Below, one piece after another: positions 28,375 to 37,349 of a DNA stretch of 64,000 nt. Location of the stretch: IMG/VR virus record IMGVR_UViG_2926661365_000002. One strand, written 5' to 3'. The first letter of the stretch is position 1; each line of letters starts with the position of its first letter. The notes beneath the pieces are model-generated. The model searched no databases. It was not told the DNA's origin and saw nothing but the letters and a program-made list of their open reading frames with translations. Made by a program: the position numbers and the translations under genes. The DNA is from a virus (Duplodnaviria; Heunggongvirae; Uroviricota; Caudoviricetes).

Positions 28375-29340
28375 ATGGCACCCATGGAGACCGACATGAT
28401 CGACACCTCGCCCGCCGCGCCCCGCCTCGACGTGCGCCTGCCCTTCTCCGGGTTCTACGAGACCGTCTGGTCGCACGAGCTGGACCACGAGGAGAGTTCC
28501 TTCGTCGAGTACCGCACCGAAAACCATGACAAGAGCGACAAGGAGCAGGAGGCATGGTGGCCCGAGCGCCTGCGCCTCGACGCGGAAAAGCTCCACGAGA
28601 TCCTGTCGAAGGTCACCGACCAGCATGCCGCCCGCGAGGCCATCGCCAAGGATTTCGTGCCGACGTTCGACGCGATCCTCGGCGAGGCCATGGGCCTGTC
28701 CGTCCCGACCGAGGGCACCCGCTACTGCTACAAGACGCAAACCATGGTGCCGCATACCTACGACCGCGACACCGTGGGGCTGGAGCTCAAGACCTTCACC
28801 TCCGCGCGTGGCAACTACACCACCCAGACCGACTGGATACACGCGACCATCCCCCTGCCCGTGGTCGAGCTGCTCTTCATCCGGTCCCGCATCGACTGGC
28901 ACAAGCGCCTGCGCGAGCTGATCGACGACGACGGCCACGACCCCGACGAAGAGCTGGCCTCCCCGCTGACCGACTGGTGCCAAAACAGTTGCTGGCGCCT
29001 GCTCACCGCCTGCCTGCCCCTCTACGGCGTCGAGGAGATCGAGAACCAGTGCGCCACCGCCATGGCCGAAGAGTCAGAGTTTCACCGCGCCTGGAGCAAC
29101 GCCGTCGACTGGAAAAAGTTTGAGGCTGAGCGCACCGAGGCCCGCGCCGAGCCGCTTGCAGACTGGATCGAGGATGACCTTGAGGCCGTCGCACACTGGC
29201 GCGTCAACCACCCCGACGAGTTCGCCGAGATCGTCGCCTCTGTCCCGCATGCCTTCTACCCGTTCGCAGAGGCTCTGTCCCTCGGCACCCTCTCCTACCA
29301 CTGCCCGGAGACACCCGACCTGTTCGAGTGCGCCGCCTAA
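28375..29340 (+). CDS. Hypothetical protein (about 321 aa)
   Basis: Starts at ATG 28375, after the motif cccgccacctATGG. Acidic, with no family recognised. Confidence 0.5.
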   Translation: MAPMETDMIDTSPAAPRLDVRLPFSGFYETVWSHELDHEESSFVEYRTENHDKSDKEQEAWWPERLRLDAEKLHEILSKVTDQHAAREAIAKDFVPTFDAILGEAMGLSVPTEGTRYCYKTQTMVPHTYDRDTVGLELKTFTSARGNYTTQTDWIHATIPLPVVELLFIRSRIDWHKRLRELIDDDGHDPDEELASPLTDWCQNSCWRLLTACLPLYGVEEIENQCATAMAEESEFHRAWSNAVDWKKFEAERTEARAEPLADWIEDDLEAVAHWRVNHPDEFAEIVASVPHAFYPFAEALSLGTLSYHCPETPDLFECAA

Positions 29341-29371
29341 CCCGCCACCCATGGCAAACGAGGAAACACCC

Positions 29372-29587
29372 ATGCCTGTTGAGATCCTGCCCGCCCGCCT
29401 TCAAGTCGAGGGACGCCCGACCGTCGTCCGGCTCGAGCCCATGACCAAGGCACCGCCCGCCGCCCCGCTTCGCACCCTCGTCCTGATGGTGGCGATCCTC
29501 GTCCTCGTCCTGGCCGCAGCCCTCGCCGCCTGCGCCGGCTACATCATCGAGTGGGCCGAGCGCTCCGCCTATTCGGAGCAGGCATGA
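29372..29587 (+). CDS. Small membrane protein (a start at motif ATG 29351 is also possible, in frame)
   Basis: Contains the TM segment LRTLVLMVAILVLVLAAALAACAGYII. Preceded by taacccgccacccATGG. Confidence 0.4.
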   Translation: MPVEILPARLQVEGRPTVVRLEPMTKAPPAAPLRTLVLMVAILVLVLAAALAACAGYIIEWAERSAYSEQA

Positions 29588-31149
29588 CCATGAACGCTAT
29601 CGTCACCCGCCAAACCGTCGAGCAGATCTGCGCCTTCCGCGACCAAGCAATCAAGCAATTCAGCAACGCATTCGAGAAGATCGAGGAGGCGTCCGACGCC
29701 ATCCGCCAAGCCCATAAGCTCTGGGAAGGGGCCGCTCCGGGCAAGCCCGGCTATTACTCGAACCTCAATCAGGAGGTGGAGTCGTTCTCGAATGCGGTGA
29801 GCCTGCCCGATCGCGACATCTACCTGCGCACAGCCAAGCGCCTGATCGACGTTACCGTGTGGACCCATGTGATCCAGCACACCGGCATTGAAAACCTGAT
29901 GGACAAGGAAGCGAAGGATCAGCTTCGATCGCAGATGCGGTATGTCCCCGAGCGCCGCGGCCGAGATGGCGAGATCATCAATCAGGATGAGATCGACCGC
30001 ATGCTTCCCGAGGTCACCCCCGAGAATGTCTATGCCACGCTCGAACGTTTTCAGGCGGACGCGGAGATGATCTTCCGGCGCGGCATCGTCAACGTCTTCT
30101 CGAAGCTCGACCGCCGCTTCCGCTCACACGACGGGTTCAAGGTCGGCTCACGCATGATCCTCGACTACCTCTGCAACAGCGACGGTTACTTCAGTACAAC
30201 GAGCGACCGCGCCGACCGTCTGAGTGACGTCGAGCGGGCGTTCCGAGTGCTGGAGGGGAACGCCGATCACGCCGGGTTCTACGGCATTGCCAATAAGATC
30301 TATCGCGAGCGGCGGAACTTCGAACGCGCCCGGTCTGAGCATGAGAACGCATACTTCAAGGTGCGCATCTTCATGAACGGCAACGCCCACCTCTGGTTTA
30401 CTCGCAAGGATCTGGTGGAAAGGATCAACAAGATCCTCGCCGAGCACTACGGGGAAACGCTGGGCGATGGCATGACCAAGGAAGCCGATCCGCTCAAGGA
30501 TGTGAAGACCACACCCGCCAAGCGTTATGGCTTCTTCCCCACGCCGGACGCGGCAGCCGAAGAAGTCTTCCGCAAGCTCAACACTTGGCAGTCCGCAACC
30601 AACGATCGCCTGCGCATCCTCGAACCGTCCGCCGGCACCGGCCAACTGGCCCGCCGCGCAGCCACCGTCGGCAACGATCTGGCAGAGTGGCAGCGCGAGA
30701 AGTTCAAGGACCACCGCTTCGACCACGCCGTCGACTGCATCGAGATCCAGCCGCACCTGGCCCACCAGCTGGAGGCGGAAGGCATCTACAATAGGGTGAC
30801 CTGCGCTGACTTCCTCACCGTCAAGCCCGACCCGTCCCGCCTTTACGACCGAGTGGTGATGAACCCGCCGTTCGACCGCGAGCGTGACATAGACCATGTG
30901 ATGCACGCTTTCGAGTTCCTGAAACCTGAGGGCCAGCTCGTCGCCATCATGTCGGCGGGCACCGAGTTTCGCGAGACGAAGAAGTCGATCGCCTTCCGCG
31001 ACCTGATGGAAAAGCTCGGCGCAGAATGGTCAGACCTACCCGCTGGCTCGTTCGCAGAGTCCGGCACCTACTGCAACACCGGCATCCTTGTGGTCTGGAA
31101 GAGCGGCAAGCCGCGTCGTTACGGTCGCCCCACCTGGGAAAAGCTCTAA
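29584..31149 (+). CDS. N6-adenine DNA methyltransferase (gamma-type motif order) fused to an approximately 340-aa N-terminal domain of unknown function
   Basis: FFPTP (motif X-like), EPSAGTGQL (motif I, FxGxG) and MNPPF (motif IV, NPPF) lie in the C-terminal approximately 180 aa. The N-terminal approximately 340 aa is unassigned. Start overlaps the previous stop (ATGA). Confidence 0.8.
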   Translation: MTMNAIVTRQTVEQICAFRDQAIKQFSNAFEKIEEASDAIRQAHKLWEGAAPGKPGYYSNLNQEVESFSNAVSLPDRDIYLRTAKRLIDVTVWTHVIQHTGIENLMDKEAKDQLRSQMRYVPERRGRDGEIINQDEIDRMLPEVTPENVYATLERFQADAEMIFRRGIVNVFSKLDRRFRSHDGFKVGSRMILDYLCNSDGYFSTTSDRADRLSDVERAFRVLEGNADHAGFYGIANKIYRERRNFERARSEHENAYFKVRIFMNGNAHLWFTRKDLVERINKILAEHYGETLGDGMTKEADPLKDVKTTPAKRYGFFPTPDAAAEEVFRKLNTWQSATNDRLRILEPSAGTGQLARRAATVGNDLAEWQREKFKDHRFDHAVDCIEIQPHLAHQLEAEGIYNRVTCADFLTVKPDPSRLYDRVVMNPPFDRERDIDHVMHAFEFLKPEGQLVAIMSAGTEFRETKKSIAFRDLMEKLGAEWSDLPAGSFAESGTYCNTGILVVWKSGKPRRYGRPTWEKL

Positions 31150-31321
31150 CCCTTTCAGCCGCAGCCGTGCCCCCACACGGTTGCCCCATGCGGCTGTCTA
31201 TCGTCCCACTAAACAGGAGGTGAACCATGTAGCCCACCGGCAGGAACAACGCGCTTCCCTGCCTGCCCTCGCAAGGGGAAGCGCCCCCCACTACCCGCAA
31301 ACATGCACAAGAGAGACACCC

Positions 31322-32080
31322 ATGGCCCAGTTCATCGGCGAAGTTATCGTCCGCGCCAAGATCACCACCGCCACCCATGACATCGCCACCCAGATCACCA
31401 AGGATCTCGCCGCCGACGTTGCCGCTGAGGTCGACCTGATCGGCCTCGTCCATGAGGTGAAGCCCGGCGACGTCTACCCAGACAAGGGTGAGAAGGCCCG
31501 CTTCGCCGACACCCAGAGCTTCGACTATGCCCAGGTTGAGGGCGCCCTCTGCGTGTTCGAGCACATCATCGAGAGCCGCGACGAGGAACCCTACAAGGAA
31601 CTGCTCGAAGGGTTCGGATGGTCAGCCATGCGAATGGTCGCGGTCCAAGCCGGCGACATCTGCGACCGCGCCTTCAAGCACATGGAGTCTCTCGGCTACG
31701 AGTTCACCGGCGCTTACGACTGGGAGTTCGTGCCCGATGTTTGCCGCCACCTCGACTGGAACGCGCTGTTCAATGACAACCAGTACAACAATGGCCGCTA
31801 CGACCCGAACATCGACGAGCTGGTCAACGTCCTGATCACGGCTGAGATGGCCACGGTCGAGCCGGGCAAGCGCCTCTTCCACAAGGAGGAGATGACGGCC
31901 GACGACTACATCAAGGCCTGCCGCGCCGAGGCCGAGCGCCAGTGGGGATACGGCGACCTCGTGTCCGACCACCCCGAGCACATCACCGCCGCAATGGAGG
32001 CAGGCCAGACCCCGACCGAGATCACCTATGAACTCGGCAAGCAGTTCGACCTCACCCCGCGCGACGCCTACCTCGGCTGA
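31322..32080 (+). CDS. Hypothetical protein (252 aa)
   Basis: Preceded by the motif ctacccgcaaacatgc and an AGAGAGA RBS. Confidence 0.5.
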   Translation: MAQFIGEVIVRAKITTATHDIATQITKDLAADVAAEVDLIGLVHEVKPGDVYPDKGEKARFADTQSFDYAQVEGALCVFEHIIESRDEEPYKELLEGFGWSAMRMVAVQAGDICDRAFKHMESLGYEFTGAYDWEFVPDVCRHLDWNALFNDNQYNNGRYDPNIDELVNVLITAEMATVEPGKRLFHKEEMTADDYIKACRAEAERQWGYGDLVSDHPEHITAAMEAGQTPTEITYELGKQFDLTPRDAYLG

Positions 32081-32110
32081 CCCCGCAACCATGCGCCCCC
32101 GGAGACCACC

Positions 32111-32851
32111 ATGAACATCGCAGTATCGATCGCCATCCCGGACGACGAGGAAAAGCAGACCGAGCTCAGCTTCGACGAACTGTCCGACCGGGCCAAGGAG
32201 AAGGCCCGCGACAACTACCGCCAGAACTACCCCGACGATGGCTGGTGGGACTCGAGCTACGAGGACTTCGACAAGATCGCCGACATGATGGGGATCTGCA
32301 TCGCCACCAAGCAGGTGCCCCTCATGAACGGCAAGAACAAGAGCGTCCCTGCCATCTACTTCTCCGGCTTCTGGTGTCAGGGTGACGGCGCCTGTTTCGA
32401 GGGCAACTGGTACCCCGAGAAAGATCCGCTCGCCTCGCTCACCAAGGTGATGGGCCACGCCCCCAACGACGCCGATCTGCACGAGATCGCCTTCGGCCTG
32501 GCCCACCTGTCCGAGCGGTGCAACCAGCTCATCCCCGAAGCTCGCGTGAAGGTCGAGCACAATAGCCGGTACTATCACTCCAACAGCGTGAGCTACGACA
32601 TCGACCTGCCGATGCCCATCCATATCCAGGAAGGCAACGAGCTGCAGCACATGGTCTTCGATGGCCTCCGCACCAAGCTCGACCTCGACGACGAGGCATT
32701 CGAGACCGAGGTCAGCGACCTCCTCCGCCGCTTCATGGACTGGATGTATGGCCTGCTCGAGGAGGAACACGAGCACCTCACCTCCGACGAGGTCATCGAC
32801 CAGTATCTCGAAGAGATGAAGTTCGATGAGGACGGGGAGGCAATCTATTGA
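32111..32851 (+). CDS. Highly acidic hypothetical protein (DNA-mimic / anti-restriction candidate)
   Basis: 246 aa, strongly enriched in D/E with aromatic residues (DDGWWDSSYEDFDKIADMMG, FSGFWCQGDGACFEGNWYPE). Preceded by tgaccccgcaaccatgc. Confidence 0.5.
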   Translation: MNIAVSIAIPDDEEKQTELSFDELSDRAKEKARDNYRQNYPDDGWWDSSYEDFDKIADMMGICIATKQVPLMNGKNKSVPAIYFSGFWCQGDGACFEGNWYPEKDPLASLTKVMGHAPNDADLHEIAFGLAHLSERCNQLIPEARVKVEHNSRYYHSNSVSYDIDLPMPIHIQEGNELQHMVFDGLRTKLDLDDEAFETEVSDLLRRFMDWMYGLLEEEHEHLTSDEVIDQYLEEMKFDEDGEAIY

Positions 32852-33162
32852 GAGACGAGCGCCTGAAACAACTGCTCGTCTACAATAAGGAGCTGTCGAC
32901 GAGAGCCCGCCTCGTGCCCGGCGCGGATGACATGCAGCAGTGGGTGTTCCGCCCGGCTGGGCGTTACCGCAACCGCTTGTTCTTCGTCTGGATCAGCGAC
33001 ACGCGGGAGGTCGGCGGCACTCGATGCCGCGATGATCACACCGACCCCACCGAGCCATGGAAGTGGCATGCCTACCTTCCGAAGAAATTCCTGCGGGTCA
33101 TGCTCGACCTAGCCCCGCAGGAAGAGGTGGCCGAGGCCATCGCCAAGACCCTCATCAACTGA
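32848..33162 (+). CDS. Hypothetical protein (TTG start)
   Basis: 104 aa. TTGA overlap with the upstream gene. Confidence 0.35.
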   Translation: MRDERLKQLLVYNKELSTRARLVPGADDMQQWVFRPAGRYRNRLFFVWISDTREVGGTRCRDDHTDPTEPWKWHAYLPKKFLRVMLDLAPQEEVAEAIAKTLIN

Positions 33163-33199
33163 CCCCGCCAACCATGGCACAACACAGGAGACTGCACCC

Positions 33200-34105
33200 A
33201 TGAACGCAATGACCAAGATCGTTTCGACCTCCGCCACCCTCTCGACCCGCGCGCTCCTCGTCTCGCTGAGCATCAGCCAGTGGTCCGGACGGCGGCTCGA
33301 TCGGGCGATCACCAAGGAAGTCAACGACAAGCACAGCGCTGCGGCCGACGCCTCCCGCGTCAACAAGCTGCTGCTGCCACCCGACGCCCTCGCCGGCATC
33401 ACCAAGGTGGTCAGCGCCACGCGCTCCGGCTTCCTGGAACGCACCCTGCCGTGGCTCGACGACGGGCAGCGTGTCATGTCCTCCGATGCCTACCTCAACC
33501 ACACCAGCTGGATCCGCAAGCAGCGGGCGCAGTTCGAGGACAAGGTCGAAGAGTTCCTCGCCGACTACGACAAGCATGTGAACGATGCGAAGAAGCGGCT
33601 GGGCTCGATGTTCGATCAGAACGACTACCCCACCAAGGCTGAGCTGCGCGCCAAGTTCTCGATGTCGACCAACGTCCTGCCGGTACCGACCTCGAACGAC
33701 TTCCGCGCTGAGATGACCGAGGCCCAGGCTGACCTGATCCGCCGCCAGATCGAGGACACCGTGACCGAGGCCACCTCGATCGCAATCAAGGACATCTACC
33801 GCCGGGTGCATGACGTGGCCGAGCGCATGGTCGACAGGCTCAACGCTTACAAGCCCGCCGCCAAGCCGGGCGACAAGACCGAGGGCCAGTTCCGCGACTC
33901 CCTCGTCGGCAACGTCCGGGATCTCATCGGCATCCTGCCCTCGCTCAACATCCTTGGCGACCCGCAGCTCGCAGCCATGGCCGACAAGCTCAAGCCGCTG
34001 GCCGAGCACGACGCCGACGATCTCCGCAGCAGCGCCGACCTCCGCCGCAGCGTGGCAGCCGAGGCCAAGGCCATCCTCGATCAGGTCGCCGACTTCCTCG
34101 CGTGA
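33200..34105 (+). CDS. DUF3150-like hypothetical protein
   Basis: 301 aa. The N-terminus ...LSTRALLVSLSISQWSGRRLDRAITKEV resembles DUF3150 from memory. Confidence 0.45.
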   Translation: MNAMTKIVSTSATLSTRALLVSLSISQWSGRRLDRAITKEVNDKHSAAADASRVNKLLLPPDALAGITKVVSATRSGFLERTLPWLDDGQRVMSSDAYLNHTSWIRKQRAQFEDKVEEFLADYDKHVNDAKKRLGSMFDQNDYPTKAELRAKFSMSTNVLPVPTSNDFRAEMTEAQADLIRRQIEDTVTEATSIAIKDIYRRVHDVAERMVDRLNAYKPAAKPGDKTEGQFRDSLVGNVRDLIGILPSLNILGDPQLAAMADKLKPLAEHDADDLRSSADLRRSVAAEAKAILDQVADFLA

Positions 34106-34350
34106 CCGATCGCTTCCTGTATCAGCACATCGCCTCTCGGTTCTCGAACAGAATCGAGTGGGCCTTCTACGACAGGCTACGGACGGAGCGGGTGTTCCTG
34201 GTCTTTGACCTGCGCACCCGCACCCTCGAAGCGAAGAGGTCCGGCAACGGCCCGATGATCCCGGCCCCCGCATGGACTGACGAGATGGAAGCCGCGCTCC
34301 CACCCGAAGCCATGGCCGAGGCCATCGGCATAGCGATCACCATGAAATGA
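34102..34350 (+). CDS. Small hypothetical protein (GTG start)
   Basis: GTGA overlap with the upstream gene. Confidence 0.3.
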   Translation: MTDRFLYQHIASRFSNRIEWAFYDRLRTERVFLVFDLRTRTLEAKRSGNGPMIPAPAWTDEMEAALPPEAMAEAIGIAITMK

Positions 34351-34362
34351 AAGGACACAACC

Positions 34363-34848
34363 ATGGGCGACAGAGTGTCTGTCTACCTGAGACTAGGCGG
34401 CTGCCTGCAGTCGATCGAAGAGGCGGAGGAATTGATCGAAGCGCTGGCGCTCGACACCAACCTCGACACCAACGAGGAGGCGATGGCCCTGTTCAAGGAG
34501 GCGATCGCCACCGAAGACCCGATCGAAGCGGAAGCATATGAGGTTGACAGCGGCCAGCTAGAAAACATCGAGCCCTTCGTCCGAGACCGCAAGCACCTGT
34601 CCTGCGAGATCAGCTTCGGCAGAGGCGGCGGCTTCGACGCCGGCACCACCGTCATCCACGAGGGCGAGACGCACACCTTCCCCGATGGCAACACCGTCCC
34701 GCGCGATGCGGTCATCAAAGCACTGGACGAAGGCGGCGAGCAGGCTGTCCGCGATCTCATCAAGCGGACGCACTTCCTCCAGCACGAATGCGTCCCTCCC
34801 CTCACCGGTTCCGATGAGGTCCGGGGCTGGCTCTCCATCCTCGGCTGA
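34363..34848 (+). CDS. Acidic hypothetical protein
   Basis: 161 aa. Confidence 0.45.
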   Translation: MGDRVSVYLRLGGCLQSIEEAEELIEALALDTNLDTNEEAMALFKEAIATEDPIEAEAYEVDSGQLENIEPFVRDRKHLSCEISFGRGGGFDAGTTVIHEGETHTFPDGNTVPRDAVIKALDEGGEQAVRDLIKRTHFLQHECVPPLTGSDEVRGWLSILG

Positions 34849-34851
34849 GCC

Positions 34852-35211
34852 ATGGCAACCGGCATTCTCTATGGGCCGTATGCCCATCAGTTTACCGGGG
34901 ACAGGCTGAAATTCTGGGTACCAATGCGGAAGGACGACGACGCCAACATCAAGCGTTACGAAGTCCTCATCCTTCCCAATGGCCAGATGTCGACACGACA
35001 GCGCCCGATATTCGACGGCCCAGCGCCGTCACATCAGGCCCAGTTCTTCGACTTCCTGCCACCCGATGACCTCTCCCACCTTCGAAGCGATTGCTACCCT
35101 CGCTTCCCCCGGGACCGCATCCACGATGCGATCCTGCCCCTCCTCACGGACGAGCAAGCCGCCGTCCTTCTCTGCTATCGGCTCATCGGTGTGCCGAAGA
35201 AGTTCAAGTAA
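34852..35211 (+). CDS. Hypothetical protein
   Basis: 119 aa. Confidence 0.45.
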   Translation: MATGILYGPYAHQFTGDRLKFWVPMRKDDDANIKRYEVLILPNGQMSTRQRPIFDGPAPSHQAQFFDFLPPDDLSHLRSDCYPRFPRDRIHDAILPLLTDEQAAVLLCYRLIGVPKKFK

Positions 35212-35244
35212 CCCCGCAATCATGCGAACCAACAGGAGACCAGC

Positions 35245-36234
35245 ATGAACCTCAAGTCCGCAGCCATCGTCGCATCCACCTACCTCACGCACGACATCCC
35301 CTTCATGCTCTGGGGTGCGCCCGGCGTCGGCAAGTCCTCGCTTGTCGAGCAGCTCGCTGCCAACCGCAATCAGAAGGTCATCGACTTCCGCGCCTCGACC
35401 CGCGATGCCGTCGCCCTCATGGGCCTGCCGGATCTGCACGGTGAGACGACCAAGTGGAAGGTGCCCGACGAGTTCCCGCAGGTTGAACGTGATGGCCCCG
35501 AGGGCATCCTCTTCCTCGACGAGATCAACGCAGCCGCCCCCTCCATGCAGGCTGCGATGTTCGGCCTGGTCCTCGATCGCCGCGTCGGCGATTACACCCT
35601 GCCGCCCGGCTGGCGCGTCATCGCCGCCGGCAACCGCCAGTCTGACAAGGCTGCCGCCCAGCGCATGCCGTCGGCCCTCGCCAACCGCTTCGCTCACATC
35701 GACATCGAGCCCGATCTCGACACCTCGGTCGACCACTTCTACTCGATCGGCATTGACCCTCGCCTGATCGCCTTCCTCCGCTTCCGCCCCGGGCTGCTGC
35801 ACATGATGGACGGTCAGGATCTCCGGGCATTCCCCACGCCCCGCTCCTGGGAGCAGGTGTCCAAGGTGCTGAACATCGACGATCACCTCCGGCTGCAGGC
35901 CGTGTCCGGCATCGTCGGCCCCGGCCCCGCGGCTGAGCTGGAAGGATTCCTCCGGGTCTACCTGACGCTGCCGTCGATCGACCGCATTCTCCGCTCGCCG
36001 GAGTCGACCGAGGTTCCCACCGAAACCAGCGCCCGCTTCGCCCTCTCGGCAGCCTTGGCCCGCAAGGTGGACGCCTCCACCATCGAGCCGGCCTACACCT
36101 ACATGAAGCGCCTGCCCCGCGAGTATCAGATCATGTTCATGGTCGACGCCGTCCGGCACGACAACTCGCTCACCTCGACCATGACCTTCATCAACTGGTG
36201 CGCCGCCAACCGCGACGTCACGATCGGGGCCTGA
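35245..36234 (+). CDS. MoxR-like AAA+ ATPase
   Basis: Walker A GAPGVGKS, Walker B ILFLDEIN, sensor AAGN, about 330 aa. Preceded by taaccccgcaatcatgc. Confidence 0.8.
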   Translation: MNLKSAAIVASTYLTHDIPFMLWGAPGVGKSSLVEQLAANRNQKVIDFRASTRDAVALMGLPDLHGETTKWKVPDEFPQVERDGPEGILFLDEINAAAPSMQAAMFGLVLDRRVGDYTLPPGWRVIAAGNRQSDKAAAQRMPSALANRFAHIDIEPDLDTSVDHFYSIGIDPRLIAFLRFRPGLLHMMDGQDLRAFPTPRSWEQVSKVLNIDDHLRLQAVSGIVGPGPAAELEGFLRVYLTLPSIDRILRSPESTEVPTETSARFALSAALARKVDASTIEPAYTYMKRLPREYQIMFMVDAVRHDNSLTSTMTFINWCAANRDVTIGA

Positions 36235-36237
36235 GCC

Positions 36238-36591
36238 ATGGCCGTCGTCTGGATCACCGGCCCCATTGGCTACCAAAAGTCCTGGCGCCTCCTCGAGGAC
36301 GGGCGCCGCATCGTCGACGCCTGCCGCTGGGAGTTCGTTGGGATGGAGGACGACGGCACCTTCCGCCGCTGGAGCCTGCGTTTCAGCACTGAAACACGGG
36401 CCTTCACCGCCAACTCCCTCGCCGTCAAAGACTGGGAGAAGACGAAAGCCAAGGAGCTGGGCGAGATCTATCGCCCGGCTGCCGTCCTCCGATCGATGCT
36501 GCCCAAAGGCTCCACAGCCAAGGCGCTCGAGGCCATGCTTGGTGATGCCGGCGTGGCCGAGGCGATCGGTATCTCCCTCACCCAGAGGTGA
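36238..36591 (+). CDS. Small paralog-family protein (member 2)
   Basis: TRAFTANS core; C-terminus GVAEAIGISLTQR. Confidence 0.5.
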   Translation: MAVVWITGPIGYQKSWRLLEDGRRIVDACRWEFVGMEDDGTFRRWSLRFSTETRAFTANSLAVKDWEKTKAKELGEIYRPAAVLRSMLPKGSTAKALEAMLGDAGVAEAIGISLTQR

Positions 36592-36594
36592 CCC

Positions 36595-36939
36595 ATGCTG
36601 ATCGCCACCATCAAACACATGCTCGGCCCGTTCCGTAATGGCTTCGGGCTGGGCGGGCAGTCATGGCTGTTCATCGGGACGGATGAGGCTGGCAGACACC
36701 ACGTCTGGAAGCTCCACTTCGACTACAAGACCAGGCGCTTCGTCGCCCGGACGGTCCAGCACAATGACGCTCAGCGCTACGCCGAGCAGATGGCAACCGG
36801 CGACCTGTTCAAGTCGGACCATGTCCACCCGGAGTTCATCGTGGATCTCCGCAAGACCACCGCGCAAAACCTCAAAGCCCTCCTCACTGACGAGGACGTG
36901 GCCGACGCCCTGGGGAAAGCGCTCACCTACAAGGGATGA
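36595..36939 (+). CDS. Small paralog-family protein (member 3)
   Basis: N-terminus MLGPF; TRRFVART core; C-terminus LTDEDVADALGKALTYKG. Confidence 0.5.
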   Translation: MLIATIKHMLGPFRNGFGLGGQSWLFIGTDEAGRHHVWKLHFDYKTRRFVARTVQHNDAQRYAEQMATGDLFKSDHVHPEFIVDLRKTTAQNLKALLTDEDVADALGKALTYKG

Positions 36940-37346
36940 CCATGCCAATTTTCAGGAAGGTGCTCGGCCCCTTCAAGCCGATGTTCGAGACCAGCAACGG
37001 TCGCGTCGACAAGTTGCAGTGGCACTTCATCGTCATCCGCGATGACTACACCACCTGCCACTACACCCTCCAGTGCTACCCGCAGACCAACAAATACACG
37101 GCGGTCAACGGTGACCAGAACGAGGACAGCCTCGGCCGCAAGGTCAGGGCGATGGGCTCTGTCATCTACGGCAGCAGGAAGCCGACCGTCGTCCACGAGC
37201 GGATGTTCATCGAGCACGACACGACACCCGTCTCCTCCGGCGACACCATCTCGAACATCCTCAAGCAGCACCTGCGAACGGAAGACATCGCCAACATCAA
37301 CGCGGCCCGGCTGACCGGCAAGCTCGCCATCGCACTGAAAGGATAA
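36936..37346 (+). CDS. Small paralog-family protein (member 4)
   Basis: N-terminus VLGPFKPMF; C-terminus RTEDIANINAARLTGKLAIALKG. Confidence 0.45.
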   Translation: MTMPIFRKVLGPFKPMFETSNGRVDKLQWHFIVIRDDYTTCHYTLQCYPQTNKYTAVNGDQNEDSLGRKVRAMGSVIYGSRKPTVVHERMFIEHDTTPVSSGDTISNILKQHLRTEDIANINAARLTGKLAIALKG

Positions 37347-37349
37347 CCC

